Source: Mitosporidium daphniae (taxonomy: Eukaryota). Taken from it: DNA of 64,000 nt. Shown in pieces: positions 54,361-64,000 of this stretch. The first letter of the stretch is position 1. Every line of letters begins with the position of its first letter. The notes beneath the pieces are model-generated. The model was not told the DNA's origin. It searched no databases and saw only the letters and a list, made by a program, of their open reading frames with translations. The stretch is taken from NCBI RefSeq assembly GCF_000760515.2, contig NW_013546722.1, forward strand, positions 1-64,000, read 5' to 3'. Both the position numbers and the translations under genes were made by a program.

Positions 54361-55905
54361 TTAGCACGTGGGCAAAGCTGGCGCTGTTTTGATATTATTG
54401 AAAAGCAGCGGAAGTTCTGTCGTGGCGTTTGAGGAGTGCCCAACCGCACATATTGCCATCCACTTTTTGAGACTTGCTTCCGAGTCAGCATACAGTGAGT
54501 GGCGTACACCGCTGTCGCTGATCAAGTGGAAAGCATTGCGTTGGTGCAGACGCTCTGGATCGGCCGCTTTCACACCAATAATATTGGTCAGCTCGATGGT
54601 GAGGAGAGGAAGCACAGCTTCTTTCTGTTGATAGGGATAGAGCAGGATCCTGCCTGCAGCAACAACAGCCCAAAAGCGGCGCCAAGTGGAAACTTTCATT
54701 GGCGAGGAGTTTCTTTGCAGAAGCGTCAAATAGTCGGCATGTGCTGGGATGCCATTATGCTCCTGAAGATTGATCAGAGAAAGGAGTGAAGTTGGTCTTG
54801 ACCGCCATTTTGATTTGCTAGGTGTGGGCGCGTAGAGTGCAGAGACAGAGAGTACCAAGCGGGCAACACCGGACGCACCGGCCATTGGTAGTATCAATTC
54901 GAACCACTGCGGTAACTTTGAGTGGGCCGCTGAGACAAGATCGACGCGGAAAATTGTGGACGCTATGAATGGTTCTTCCTTTCTCCTAGCGTTGAGGATG
55001 GGGCTTTCCGGAGTTTTGGACCCGTCCATCCTGTCAAATATAGTAGATCCCCTTCTTCCTTTCATAAGCAAGCTTTTTGGAGAGAGACTTGAGAACGAAG
55101 ACTTGAATAGGACCGAATCAAGAATAGCCTTTGCCTTTCCCAGGGAAGACCCTGTCGATGATTTCATGCTGGAATGAATCGAGCGGCTGGACGAGAAATC
55201 CTCGCACATGCCGGGGCTAGATGTGACTGCTGCTAGTGACACATGAATGTCAATGGATTCCTCTAGTGTTGGAAAGAGAAATGCTTCAGAGATAGCACGT
55301 GGACTTCCACGCTTTTTGCCAGAGGGAATGCGGCAAGAGCGAAGTTGAGCATCGCGGACTTGAAAAACAAGGATTCGAGGCTCCTTTGCTCCATCTTCAA
55401 AAGAACACAGGTGGAGAAGTACTGCAGAGCAACCAAGCGCCTTTGCCGCTGCTGTATTGACAGTTGGAATCGAGTTATTTCTTTCTTGCATGAACATGAC
55501 GGGTGTTGTATGATGTTTCGGCGACGCATCCTTCGAGCGCCCATAAAAAAACTCATCAATATCTGCATCGGGAGCATGTTTTTCCTGTGGATATGTGTCA
55601 ATTTGAGCAAGCGTATGCTTAGGCGGGGTACCCGGCGCTGGAGGCGCAGCCCCCAATGCCATTTTAACCCACGAGTAGAAGGGGGATGCTTCTGTGGAAT
55701 CCAAACGCGGGAGGGTCGAGGTACCTGTCGATGGACAAACAACGGTGTGCAAATGTATGTCATCCGGCAATATCACGATACCTTTGTTGATACCATCAAA
55801 GAACGTTGTTGCAGCAAAGGGAGAATGGCATGCTAGCGAAGACGAGCTCTCATTTGGGCTGTTTTTAGCACCAAAGGGCTGTTTAGCTTCTTTTTTCGTC
55901 AGCAT
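54361..55905 (-). CDS. C-terminal PH-domain protein (anillin/Bud4-like architecture)
   Basis: HADYLT...WRRFWAVV..G.I.LY...I.L...F.L......LYADS.....KW. AAATTTT precedes the ATG at 55905. Confidence 0.7.
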   Translation of the reverse strand: MLTKKEAKQPFGAKNSPNESSSSLACHSPFAATTFFDGINKGIVILPDDIHLHTVVCPSTGTSTLPRLDSTEASPFYSWVKMALGAAPPAPGTPPKHTLAQIDTYPQEKHAPDADIDEFFYGRSKDASPKHHTTPVMFMQERNNSIPTVNTAAAKALGCSAVLLHLCSFEDGAKEPRILVFQVRDAQLRSCRIPSGKKRGSPRAISEAFLFPTLEESIDIHVSLAAVTSSPGMCEDFSSSRSIHSSMKSSTGSSLGKAKAILDSVLFKSSFSSLSPKSLLMKGRRGSTIFDRMDGSKTPESPILNARRKEEPFIASTIFRVDLVSAAHSKLPQWFELILPMAGASGVARLVLSVSALYAPTPSKSKWRSRPTSLLSLINLQEHNGIPAHADYLTLLQRNSSPMKVSTWRRFWAVVAAGRILLYPYQQKEAVLPLLTIELTNIIGVKAADPERLHQRNAFHLISDSGVRHSLYADSEASLKKWMAICAVGHSSNATTELPLLFNNIKTAPALPTC

Positions 55906-56390
55906 GTTTTTGAAAATTTGCAAGCGAACGGAGATTCAAGACTTGTTTCATATTTGGCGGTCACACGCTTATTGGATAACGTAGCGCCTGGCAACGTCTT
56001 GAAAAATAAAAATTGCAGCTTCCAACTTTTGTAAATTGCCGGCTCCAAATTAATTTTCGTCAATGTAAACTCAACGCAAGTAGACAGACGGCTATCAATG
56101 GGGCTTGCCAAGATTTCATTAATTGCATTCAATGGCAGTATTTAGCCGAGAAGATGATCGAGTACTGTCCTCAATCGACAAAGCACGCCATAGCGAGTCA
56201 TATCTTTCGATGAGGCAAAAAAATCTCATTTTGTATATTCCATTTAAATCTAATAATAACATGGGCCTACAGTACAATGGTTACCAACCCTCATCCCTGC
56301 CTAAACGGACCAAAATTAATTGGTCGTTTATGGCACTTAACTTGATGTTATCTTAATGGATTATGACTAAGATATGAAGTTGCAAGTCCT

Positions 56391-57779
56391 TTAATTAATT
56401 TTAGCTCTGCTTTCGTAATAGTGGGTCACAATAGTCTTTGTGAAGATATCGATTGTGTAGAGAGATTTTGCGCGGGTAAATCCATTATCCACTATTTTCT
56501 TGAGATCTTGTGGTATTTCCTCAACACCCAAGTTGCTATCATAAAGCCTAGCCAATAAATCGACAAGATCTGCAGGCGGAGAAAAAGACTCACCATCAGC
56601 TGGTTGAGGCATCAAATACCCCGACCTCATGTGCTCAATAATTTCCAATGGACCCCCAGATGCCATTGCTACGGGGAGGCAGTGGGAAAGCATTCCCTCA
56701 GCAATGCCCATGCCAAAATGTTCACCAGAAGCAGTGTACAAAAGCGCTTTGGAGTGACTAAGGAAAAAGCTCTTCTGTTCATTTGTGGCATTCACAATAA
56801 ATAGAACATCAGCGCCATCTTTAGGTTGCTTTTGCGAGGAAAAGACGATTTCATTAGCATGTGCGACCGTAAACGATAACGAGTACGACTTGCACAACGC
56901 TACAAGGTCATGCAAAGGCTTCAAGTTCTCAATCTCGATGTCATTGCCTCCACCGGCGATCACGGCAGTAAAGCTTACATTTCGCTTTTTCAACTCGCTT
57001 GTTAATACCAGAGCTCGCTCGAGACTTTTGTGTATGCTGAATCTGTTGATCGAAACGATGCAGTTGGTGTTTTTGACAATGTCACATATTGGATTTTTCT
57101 TGAAAAACGAATGCGAAGCTACATCGCTGGAAATGGGCTGTGAAATTCCTGGATACAAAACATCCACATCTCTGCATTGCGGATAGTGTTTCATGATGGC
57201 ATTCTTAGAAAAGTTGGAGTTCGCATAAAGAATATCGACGCATTGAATTCCGCTTTTTTCAATAATGTTGACAAGCCCGCGATAGAGCCTGACTAGGATT
57301 CCCTTCTGTAAATGGCCGAGATATGCAAATTCGGGGTAGTGGCAATAATACACAAGGGTTGGTTTTTTATCAGCCTTCATGAACATCAGCTTCATTATCA
57401 AAAACAAAAGGATAACAGCTGTTGGAAACTGATCGCATATGATGATGTCGTGAGAAAGAAGCACAGTTAATTGAAGCACCACCAGAAGGATGCACTTTAA
57501 AAAGCTAAAAACCTGGCGACAATAGCCACCAATCGAGCTCGGAAAATGAGAGTTGATTGAAACGATGTTTACCATGTGCTCATCAGAAAAACACTCTTTC
57601 TTCAAATTGTAGTCTATGGTGAACATGGTAGTAGCATGTCCCTTCGCTTCAAAAGAAAGGGCTGCGTTCAGGAATAAGCGAGTCGAGCCCGACATACCCT
57701 CGAAATTAGGATGGATTATGGCGATGCGCAGGGGCTTCTCTAGTGGCTTTGCTTCACGTTGGGGCTGTTTTGGCGGCAT
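56391..57779 (-). CDS. ALG2: GT4 alpha-1,3/1,6-mannosyltransferase Alg2-like
   Basis: IAIIHP...RL, YCHYP, ANS.FS, VLYP, SINRF..K, LLYT..EHFG...E, SGGPLE. Confidence 0.82.
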   Translation of the reverse strand: MPPKQPQREAKPLEKPLRIAIIHPNFEGMSGSTRLFLNAALSFEAKGHATTMFTIDYNLKKECFSDEHMVNIVSINSHFPSSIGGYCRQVFSFLKCILLVVLQLTVLLSHDIIICDQFPTAVILLFLIMKLMFMKADKKPTLVYYCHYPEFAYLGHLQKGILVRLYRGLVNIIEKSGIQCVDILYANSNFSKNAIMKHYPQCRDVDVLYPGISQPISSDVASHSFFKKNPICDIVKNTNCIVSINRFSIHKSLERALVLTSELKKRNVSFTAVIAGGGNDIEIENLKPLHDLVALCKSYSLSFTVAHANEIVFSSQKQPKDGADVLFIVNATNEQKSFFLSHSKALLYTASGEHFGMGIAEGMLSHCLPVAMASGGPLEIIEHMRSGYLMPQPADGESFSPPADLVDLLARLYDSNLGVEEIPQDLKKIVDNGFTRAKSLYTIDIFTKTIVTHYYESRAKIN

Positions 57780-57967
57780 CGTTCCAAGTAATCCAAATTA
57801 GGAATGGTAGAAGGGTAAATTTTAAAGCGATTTACTTGGTGGAAATGCGACCAATAGCTGCGTGTCATCTGCTCTTAATTTTACGCAAGTGCGATAAACC
57901 GGGCCGATGCCAGGGTAAACACAAAGTTGGTGACTACCGGCAGGGGTAGGATTAGGTGGCACATATT

Positions 57968-58993
57968 TTATACAAAATTAATGACATTTGCGGTGTCGTA
58001 AACCGTTCTGATGACAATGAAAAAATTGTCTTTCTCGCCCTCAAAGTGCATATATTTACGGTCGTTTTCCAAGAAAACCGCATCTTTTGGGGCATCCTCG
58101 GAAACCCAAATTGCTCTCCAGCCGCATCGAAGAGCCCCATAAATGTTTGACAAACTGTCGTCAATCAACACCGGAAAATGACCCTGCGGAGTAGAGGCGA
58201 TTTTCGTAACGGCCCTGAAAAGGCTGAGTTGTGGCTTGCAAAGAAAGTTTGGCACAGAATAGTCACAATAGATTATTCCATCAAACCAAGAAGGAGAGGC
58301 ACAACTAGGCTCGGACCGTTCAAACTGGACACCAAAAAGAAAGCTCAAAGTATGCAGGGAATGAGATGAGCCTGCATTCGTAAGAATCCACACATGTTCG
58401 ATTCCAAATGTCTTAATTTTGTCAAAGAGATTAATTATTTTCTTTGGGGAGTGATTTGGAAGCGATTTTTTAATATCGATTCCACCATCAACAAAAGTAT
58501 CGTATTGCGACGGGTCCGTGCCTGGGTGATGCAAAAGTAAGCCTTTAATGGCAAGACCATAATCTGTGTGGTATTTTTGTGCAAGAAAATAGGCCTCTTC
58601 CTCAGACATGTTGTGAACAGTCGCACAGAATGATAATATCCTCTGTCTCACAACATCCGAAATACCGGAAGATTGCGGATAAAGACAATTGTCCATATCG
58701 AAAAATAGCACCTTTTTTCCCGCCAGTTTGACATGATCTGTTTCCGTTAATTGTTTAATTTGAAGATCTGAAGCATATTTCATTGATGGTTGATGGTAGA
58801 ATTCGCAAATCGGATCAAAGTCTATCAGATGGCTATGTGAAGATGGCATTGCGTACATCTTTATGGGGATAGTTTCTTTTGATGCATCTTTTGAAATATC
58901 TCCCGACAAAGCAAAGGTTGATGTAATGCGGTCCACCATTGGTGCAGCAAGTTCAACACGAGGTGAAACAAGATTGCTTACTTGTTGGGTCAT
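57968..58993 (-). CDS. SDT1: HAD-family pyrimidine 5'-nucleotidase (Sdt1/Phm8-like)
   Basis: FFDMDNCLY, YGLAIKGL, LTNA, FDGI.YCDY, CKP, IDDS..NI. Confidence 0.88.
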   Translation of the reverse strand: MTQQVSNLVSPRVELAAPMVDRITSTFALSGDISKDASKETIPIKMYAMPSSHSHLIDFDPICEFYHQPSMKYASDLQIKQLTETDHVKLAGKKVLFFDMDNCLYPQSSGISDVVRQRILSFCATVHNMSEEEAYFLAQKYHTDYGLAIKGLLLHHPGTDPSQYDTFVDGGIDIKKSLPNHSPKKIINLFDKIKTFGIEHVWILTNAGSSHSLHTLSFLFGVQFERSEPSCASPSWFDGIIYCDYSVPNFLCKPQLSLFRAVTKIASTPQGHFPVLIDDSLSNIYGALRCGWRAIWVSEDAPKDAVFLENDRKYMHFEGEKDNFFIVIRTVYDTANVINFV

Positions 58994-59113
58994 AATGAAA
59001 ATCAAAATTCCTTGACTACAAAATGCACAAGTTAAAAATTTAATGGGAGGGGGTTACGGTTGAATTTGACGAAATTAACCGAGCTGTCAATCAATGGTAC
59101 ATACATATGGAGC

Positions 59114-59563
59114 TCAAATGTCCAAATAATCTGCAACAACAAGCAAGTCTAAAATTTCACCCGAATCTTCTCCAATCGAAAATCCATCGATTCTATTACA
59201 CAGGTCTCGGATCTTTGATGGCGCTGTGGAGGACATCGTGGTAGATATCAGTTCTTCTGTTTTAACTTTGTATGCCATAAATTCACACACCTTCTGAAGC
59301 AAATGTGTCGATATTCGATCCAGAATAACTATATGTGGTGCACTATGATTGGTGTTGCACCGATAACAGCAGCATATGATGCGTTGCTTAGAATTGGCGT
59401 CTGTTGATGGTGCGTCAGCAGGATGCAAAATATCTTGTCTGCAGTTCACAGCCCTGTCCAAAAGCATACGTCGCAAAAGCCCGCTTGTTTTTGCCTCCTC
59501 AACGGTGATATTGAAGGGCACGCCTTCTTTACTGACAAGTGTGATCCTCGTCTTGGTCTCCAT
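59114..59563 (-). CDS. ELC1: Elongin C-like (Skp1/BTB fold)
   Basis: ITLVSKEG..F.......TSG....ML; IS.HLL.KVCEF..YK; LDLL.VADYLD. Confidence 0.8.
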   Translation of the reverse strand: METKTRITLVSKEGVPFNITVEEAKTSGLLRRMLLDRAVNCRQDILHPADAPSTDANSKQRIICCCYRCNTNHSAPHIVILDRISTHLLQKVCEFMAYKVKTEELISTTMSSTAPSKIRDLCNRIDGFSIGEDSGEILDLLVVADYLDI

Positions 59564-59640
59564 ATCAAATGTTGCAAATTGGCATTAAAATTAAATTTAT
59601 AAAGAAATCGGATTTAGAATTTAAATTTTGTATAGCAAAG

Positions 59641-59713
59641 GTATGCAATAAATTGGTTTCTTTTCCGTACAAACTCTTCATTTTTTAATCCATTGTCTAA
59701 CTTTGTCTTGTAG
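59641..59713 (+). other. Probable 5'-UTR intron of RPL10 (73 nt), AG abuts the ATG
   Basis: AG|GTATGC ... CTAAC ... TAG|ATG. Confidence 0.75.
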
Positions 59714-60370
59714 ATGGGTCGTCGTCCTGCTCGTTGCTATCGCTACTGTAAGAATAAGCCTTACCCAAAAAGCCGTTTTTGCCGCGGTGTTCCGGAATCA
59801 AAGATCCGAATTTTTGATCTTGGTCGCAAAAGAGCTACCGTTGAAGAGTTTCCTCTATGTGTCCATCTTGTTTCTGATGAATATCAACAGATTTCATCCG
59901 AGTCTCTTGAGGCCGCACGTATTTGCGCCAACAAGTACATCACAAAGGTGTGCGGAAAAGATTCATTCCACATGCGTGTCAGAGTGCATCCATTCCACGT
60001 CATTCGTATTAACAAAATGTTGTCTTGTGCTGGTGCTGATCGTCTTCAAACAGGTATGCGTGGTGCCTTTGGAAAGCCTTACGGAACCGTTGCTCGCGTA
60101 AATATTGGACAAATTATCTTCTCCGTCCGTGCCAAAGAGGCAAACAAAGCTGCGGTTATTGAAGCTCTTCGCCGTGCCAAGTACAAGTTTGCCGGTCGCC
60201 AAAAGATCATCATCTCTAAGAAGTGGGGCTTTACAAAGCTCAATAAGGCAGAGTTTGTCGAAGCGCGCTCCAATGGGCTGCTTGAAAACGACGGATGTTA
60301 TGTCAAGTACTTGAATAATCATGGGCCTCTCAAAGCATACTTTAAACGCCAGGCCAAGCTCCTTCTTTAA
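59714..60370 (+). CDS. RPL10: 60S ribosomal protein L10 (uL16)
   Basis: [22 protein letters not shown]...[23 protein letters not shown]. Confidence 0.99.
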   Translation: MGRRPARCYRYCKNKPYPKSRFCRGVPESKIRIFDLGRKRATVEEFPLCVHLVSDEYQQISSESLEAARICANKYITKVCGKDSFHMRVRVHPFHVIRINKMLSCAGADRLQTGMRGAFGKPYGTVARVNIGQIIFSVRAKEANKAAVIEALRRAKYKFAGRQKIIISKKWGFTKLNKAEFVEARSNGLLENDGCYVKYLNNHGPLKAYFKRQAKLLL

Positions 60371-60557
60371 GCAATAAATTCTAACCCCAAACTTGGAAAC
60401 TTGGCAATAACCTTTGCTTTGTGCACAGCCAGACATTTCTAGTGTATTTTTATGACCTCCAGGCTCTTTTTAATTTGGTTTAATTTTTACTAGCAATAAC
60501 GTTAGCAATATGCAATTGTAGAGCCAATCACGTTACTTTTTATCATCATCATCATCA

Positions 60558-60942
60558 ATGGGCACTTCCAGTTGCAGCGACAGCAGTTCCTGTTGTAGTG
60601 GGAGTTCGCGAAATTTATCCCATTCTTCAAGTGAAGGATTATCTGATTCGGATAAATCTGTTCTTTCCTCTGACGGATCCTCGACACTTTCACAAGAATT
60701 TACCTCTTCAGATGATGAGGAGTGGAGCGAATCTACAGAATCGTCTTTGGAAGATGCAGGGGATGATGAAAAGGAATTTAAAGTCAATGTTGCAGAGATA
60801 GAGCAAGATTTTAATCCAGAAGCCGAGGTATTTTGTCAACTTAACAAGTTAGGTTTCTCCATTTGACCCGGTTGATGCCTCCAATATTCTTCCCCATAAC
60901 AGGAAGAGACGCCTCATACCACGGGAGCAACAAAATAAATAA
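60558..60942 (+). CDS. Ser/acidic protein with a C-terminal CHZ-like motif (Chz1/HIRIP3-like; intron 60828-60852)
   Basis: Spliced tail EAEVSPFDPVDASNILPHNRKRR resembles the CHZ motif (EIDxSNI....RR.R). Confidence 0.55.
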
Positions 60943-61157
60943 TCTCTCAATTAAAAAACTCGATCATAAAATAAAGTGAACGCAGAAGTTGAGCCTAGAT
61001 AGCAATTACCGCAGTGGTGTCTGCAACCTGAATTTAATTTTTCCGCTTTAAAAGGTGTACACATTGAGGCTATACACGACACACCGAACCCTAATTAGTT
61101 GTAGAAATTGTTTGTAACGCCAAGAAGAGGAAAAAGGGGTCGCTCACTGCATTGCCA

Positions 61158-64000
61158 ATGTATAGCGAGGTCGCTGACAAATACAAGCTTGTACTTAAGG
61201 ATAGGGATAGGCTTGATATGGCGGAAGAAATTCACAGCCTTGCATTAGAGGCTGCTGATGAAGAGGAGTGGAGAAACGGGTTAAAAGGAACCGCAAATTC
61301 GAGGTTTCTTCTTCTCCTCGTAATTGAAATTTTGGTGTGGGAGTTTTCGTCCATGCCGAGGCTCCGGTCTGTACACCAGCGCCAGCTGATCAATAGGTTT
61401 CGGTCTGCGCTTGTACTGCTTTTGCCGCCATTGCCTGGAGGGCGAGGTGAAAATTCTCAAATGATCTTTGATCGTGAGGCGCGTGAGAATCATCAAAACC
61501 AGTCCAAAAATATCAAGGATGATTTTGCGAAATGCTCCTATTTAAAAACATGGGCTGATGAAAGGGGAGAGAGTGACAGCATGTGCGATGCCAGCGTTAA
61601 TTTGGAGGACGCTGCAGAAAACCTGATTGCCGCTATCATCGGAGACTCTATGGAGTTGGAGGGCATCAAAATGATAACGCTTGTTTTGTCGCACCTCCCA
61701 AAGCTCAACTTGAACGACTCTCTTGGTTCCTCACTTGTAAGGTCCATACGCATGGTGCTTGGTGGCCAACACGATAGGAGCCAGTTGCTGATAGTCAACG
61801 CTGCTATTCAACTATTTATTCTTTTGTTTGAAGGCGGAAGTCTTTTCTGGCTACATCAGAAAGATGGCTTGTTAGTTGAGCTGCTTGAAGAGGTTGTTGT
61901 CTTGCTACCATTTACTCCTGTGCTTGCGGTGCGACTTGCAGCGATACTGGTCCGTGAGACGCAATGGGCTCTACCGGTGACACCCCGTATTCTTAAAGCG
62001 ATGGTGCAAGCATTTGAAATGCTAATGGGGGCCATTGGAAAATCTAATGTAGCATTCTCGGCTATCGCACATATGCTAACAGACCTGATCAGGCCATTAT
62101 GGTCAAACCATCTCACGGGAGAACCACGGCACCAATTGACAGCTATGGCCTTCGAGTTGCTCGCATCAAGACACGAGACATCGCCGGCACTTCATCGTCT
62201 TGTCGCCACATTGCTTTCTCTGGAGATCACTGAATGGTGTGTGGCAGAATGTGCTTCAAACAACGGGCTTATTTCGAAGCACTCGCAAACAGTTTCACTA
62301 AAGTTCCTTGATTTGGAGAGCGAAACAGGATTACGCATCTTACTAGATGCGGTCAATGGCGTCAACGATGGGCTTCGCTCCAAGTGGACTGCCCTTGATG
62401 TAAAGCTTCCACCGCCCACTGCCGAGTTGCTTCGTCGAAATGGCGTGCTGCCATTCTACATTGCACTTGCCTCACGGTGGAGGCAGCTAACCCCAGCGCT
62501 TCCAGCCATCATTTCTCTGCTCTCATGGGCAGAAGACAGGGACAGTTGGCGCGCGATTGCCCATCATTTGCTCTCTGTATCAAATGGCCATTTCAACCTT
62601 GAAAGCCACGAAAATGTTACCCAGCTTGGATGGCAAAGTCCTCCGCAAACCATCGAGAGTGAACAAAATACTCACACTGACACACAGTTTGTTAAGAAAA
62701 CAATCGATGTTATTTCTAGAAACTCTTCACCTGTAGACATCTGGTTGGTGTTAGAGCTTGCCATTCATTTTGAAACAGACATCGAGTTTATTCGGCGTCT
62801 TAATCATTTGAACAGCTTAAGTCGGTTTGTTTTTCCAGACCAAGAGCTCGATCCCGCCTGTGTTGAGGATCAAAAAATCTCACATGAACACGTCGTCTTA
62901 CAATGGCTTTATGCGCGGTCTGTGAAGACTTCCGAAGCCAGTTTTCGGCCTTTGTTAATTTCTCCATACGACGGGCCTTTGGCAGTCGTGTCACCATCCA
63001 GGGTTACACTTTTACGAGAGCGTTTGGGTAAAGAGACAGATCCTCTTATTTCTTTATTCACGGACCCTTCTTCTTGTGCTATGTCTCACTTTCAGGGTGA
63101 AGTTTCTGCGATGGAATCCGGTACCAGAACAAAGACAGTTTCACTTTCACATCAAAAGTTTGATATTCCCATGTTAGATGCATCCTTGAAAGATCAAAAA
63201 GTACCTTCAGATATGTCCCTTGCTTGCATCAGAGTGGGACTTGCAGCGAAGATGCTTCTCGATACTGACCCTACGCATCTACCCGCTATTCTCGATGTCC
63301 TTCTCTCGCTTTTCGAACAAAAAGACACGTGTAAGATGTTCATGGAAGAAATAATTGAACACTGGATTCTTGAGACTGTTTTATTTGATGCACTACATAC
63401 AAATAATAAGTCTTTGACCCCGGCTCCATCTGCCTCCGCATCATCTAATTCGCCTACTTCTGTTCCCCCGATGTCGGTTGCTTTAGCCCTTGAAGTGAGG
63501 ACATGGATACAGACCCAAAACAAACGACGCAGTTCAATACCTCACCCACGCAGCATGAGTGGGTTAGAACTACGTTTAAGCCGGCATACCGGCACAATTT
63601 CGGAGAATTCTCATTTTATTCGTGATCTAAGACTCGATGTGTATCTCGATACGAGTCACCAATGCACTGAAATTGAAAATACATCAGATGTATTCGATGG
63701 GTACTCTCGTTGGATCATGTGTCGAGCTCTCGCTGTAGCAGGTCCACATGCTTGGATTTCAGAACTACAGAGCTCGCTCAGAGCAATGGTGCCTATTAGC
63801 CGTCTGCAAATTCCGCTTTTCCATGTCGGAGATACCAATATCATTGATGGTGACAGCGAACTGTCTTCTTATGTCTCATTGGAAGGCATTGCTTCTCCAT
63901 GGAGCGACACCATTTGTTTAAGACAGCTTTTAAGTGTCCATGGGGATATCGGTTTCTGGCTACGACGAGCAGAAGGTGAGCGGCAGTTTGGGGCTTTTAT
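61158..64000 (+). CDS. Large Leu-rich helical hypothetical protein, >947 aa, runs off the window
   Basis: Manual translation from ATG 61158 (MYSEVADKYKLVLK...) found no stop up to 64000. It is missing from the ORF track because it has no stop. Confidence 0.85.
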   Translation, partial: MYSEVADKYKLVLKDRDRLDMAEEIHSLALEAADEEEWRNGLKGTANSRFLLLLVIEILVWEFSSMPRLRSVHQRQLINRFRSALVLLLPPLPGGRGENSQMIFDREARENHQNQSKNIKDDFAKCSYLKTWADERGESDSMCDASVNLEDAAENLIAAIIGDSMELEGIKMITLVLSHLPKLNLNDSLGSSLVRSIRMVLGGQHDRSQLLIVNAAIQLFILLFEGGSLFWLHQKDGLLVELLEEVVVLLPFTPVLAVRLAAILVRETQWALPVTPRILKAMVQAFEMLMGAIGKSNVAFSAIAHMLTDLIRPLWSNHLTGEPRHQLTAMAFELLASRHETSPALHRLVATLLSLEITEWCVAECASNNGLISKHSQTVSLKFLDLESETGLRILLDAVNGVNDGLRSKWTALDVKLPPPTAELLRRNGVLPFYIALASRWRQLTPALPAIISLLSWAEDRDSWRAIAHHLLSVSNGHFNLESHENVTQLGWQSPPQTIESEQNTHTDTQFVKKTIDVISRNSSPVDIWLVLELAIHFETDIEFIRRLNHLNSLSRFVFPDQELDPACVEDQKISHEHVVLQWLYARSVKTSEASFRPLLISPYDGPLAVVSPSRVTLLRERLGKETDPLISLFTDPSSCAMSHFQGEVSAMESGTRTKTVSLSHQKFDIPMLDASLKDQKVPSDMSLACIRVGLAAKMLLDTDPTHLPAILDVLLSLFEQKDTCKMFMEEIIEHWILETVLFDALHTNNKSLTPAPSASASSNSPTSVPPMSVALALEVRTWIQTQNKRRSSIPHPRSMSGLELRLSRHTGTISENSHFIRDLRLDVYLDTSHQCTEIENTSDVFDGYSRWIMCRALAVAGPHAWISELQSSLRAMVPISRLQIPLFHVGDTNIIDGDSELSSYVSLEGIASPWSDTICLRQLLSVHGDIGFWLRRAEGERQFGAF

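Noticed and set aside
55899..56132. 77-aa ORF as a 5' exon of the PH-domain gene
   Set aside because: No suitable intron links the frames, and AAATTTT directly precedes the ATG at 55905.
60533..60787. Acidic minus-strand ORF
   Set aside because: No ATG and an upstream in-frame stop. It is the antisense shadow of the plus-strand Ser/acidic gene.

Overview
Gene-dense eukaryotic DNA from a compact, fungal-related genome. About 45 protein genes, most split by tiny 23-37 nt GT-AG introns with degenerate splice signals. Divergent intergenic gaps are often only 60-100 nt, and AAATTT motifs sit just upstream of most start codons. Microsporidia-like compaction together with aerobic-mitochondrion genes (COX16, TIM17, TIM54, mitochondrial L23) and N-glycosylation genes (ALG2, OST5) suggests an early-diverging microsporidian or Rozellomycota such as Mitosporidium (inference, no search run). 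Most genes are housekeeping. The standouts are: (1) a ~3.9 kb AT-rich island with no intact gene (1-3888), bounded by a perfect 64-bp inverted repeat and holding decayed signal-peptide ORFs, which could be a centromere, a TIR element or an invertible cassette; (2) a GC-rich multi-helix RNA-like element right after UTP11 with an unpaired CCUAACCC; (3) two longer introns that each look like two abutting mini-introns joined at AG|GCGAA; (4) several small spliced genes the ORF track misses or truncates (Stf2-like, STMP1-like, OST5, Chz1-like); (5) recurring promoter motifs and palindromes. Gene models were spliced by hand and family calls come from recalled motifs, not database searches.
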